Part shown: positions 63,639-64,000 of the stretch, piece after piece | How positions within the stretch are numbered: the stretch's first letter is position 1 | Layout of the letters: each line of letters begins with the position of its first letter | Assembly (NCBI RefSeq): GCF_001194135.2 | Contig: NC_068997.1 | Location: 39,191,504-39,255,503, forward strand | Length of the DNA: 64,000 nt | Origin: Octopus bimaculoides | Taxonomy: Eukaryota | Reading direction: 5' to 3' | Notes under the pieces: model-generated | Database searches by the model: none | The model's input: the letters and a program-made list of their open reading frames with translations, nothing else | Told to the model about the DNA's origin: nothing | Program-made: the position numbers and the translations under genes

Positions 63639-63673
63639 ATTTCTGAAGAAGAGCTTTGCTCGAAACGTAAAAT
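63639..63673 (+). ncRNA. Minimal type I hammerhead ribozyme candidate (Penelope pLTR type)
   Basis: attt-CTGAAGA-a-GAGC-ttt-GCTC-GAAA-c-GTA-aaat: core, stem II, GAAA, ACGU mini stem III, GUA site and a 4-bp stem I. Confidence 0.55.
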
Positions 63674-63836
63674 CCTGTTTCTTTCCTTTCCTGAGCGTCT
63701 GATAATAACATACTTGTACCACGTCCTCGCGTTGTTGTTTTTTCTTGTTTTCTATATATATAGTGAATCCAAGCAAATATAATATTTAAGTGCTGGGTAT
63801 GTTCCTAGTAGCATAAATATATATATATATATATAT

Positions 63837-63974
63837 GCTCAATTGGTACTTGTTTTATCGACCTTGAAAGGATGAAAGGCAAAGTCAACCTCAGAGGAAT
63901 TTGAACTCAGAACGTGCGGACGACATGTTGCTCAGCATTTCTGTCCGGAGCAGTAACGATTCTGCCAGCTCGCC
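63837..63974 (-). mobile_element. SINE family A
   Basis: Reverse complement of the family A pattern (..acgattctgccagctcgcc). Confidence 0.88.
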
Positions 63975-64000
63975 TATATATACATATATATACATATATA

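Overview
AT-rich, repeat-dominated eukaryotic genomic DNA from a short-read scaffold. It has 14 N-gaps (about 6.1 kb), most flanked by microsatellites. The SINE families, microsatellite load and composition point to an Octopus/coleoid cephalopod genome (inference, not proven). No intact protein-coding gene, tRNA, rRNA or CRISPR array can be supported, and most ORFs in the supplied track are microsatellite, gap or antisense artefacts. The window is intronic or intergenic and holds at least three tRNA-headed SINE families in many copies. DNA transposon relics are a long-TIR mariner, a second mariner, a Chapaev3-like element, a near full-length hAT/Buster element with both TIRs, and a Tigger-like MITE. 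Retroelement relics are a nest of R4/Dong-like REL-endonuclease LINEs in (TAA)n tracts, RTE 3' ends and two Penelope-like elements. The most interesting signal is a set of hammerhead-ribozyme motifs. Two near-intact ones lie on opposite strands at 63.0-63.7 kb inside a 31-bp direct repeat, beside a weak HDV-like candidate. Decayed ones are linked to the Penelope copies. A few unassigned coding-like islands on the minus strand (4.2-4.5, 7.5-8.3, 22.7-23.3, 57.0-57.2 kb) could be host exons or old relics and need homology searches.
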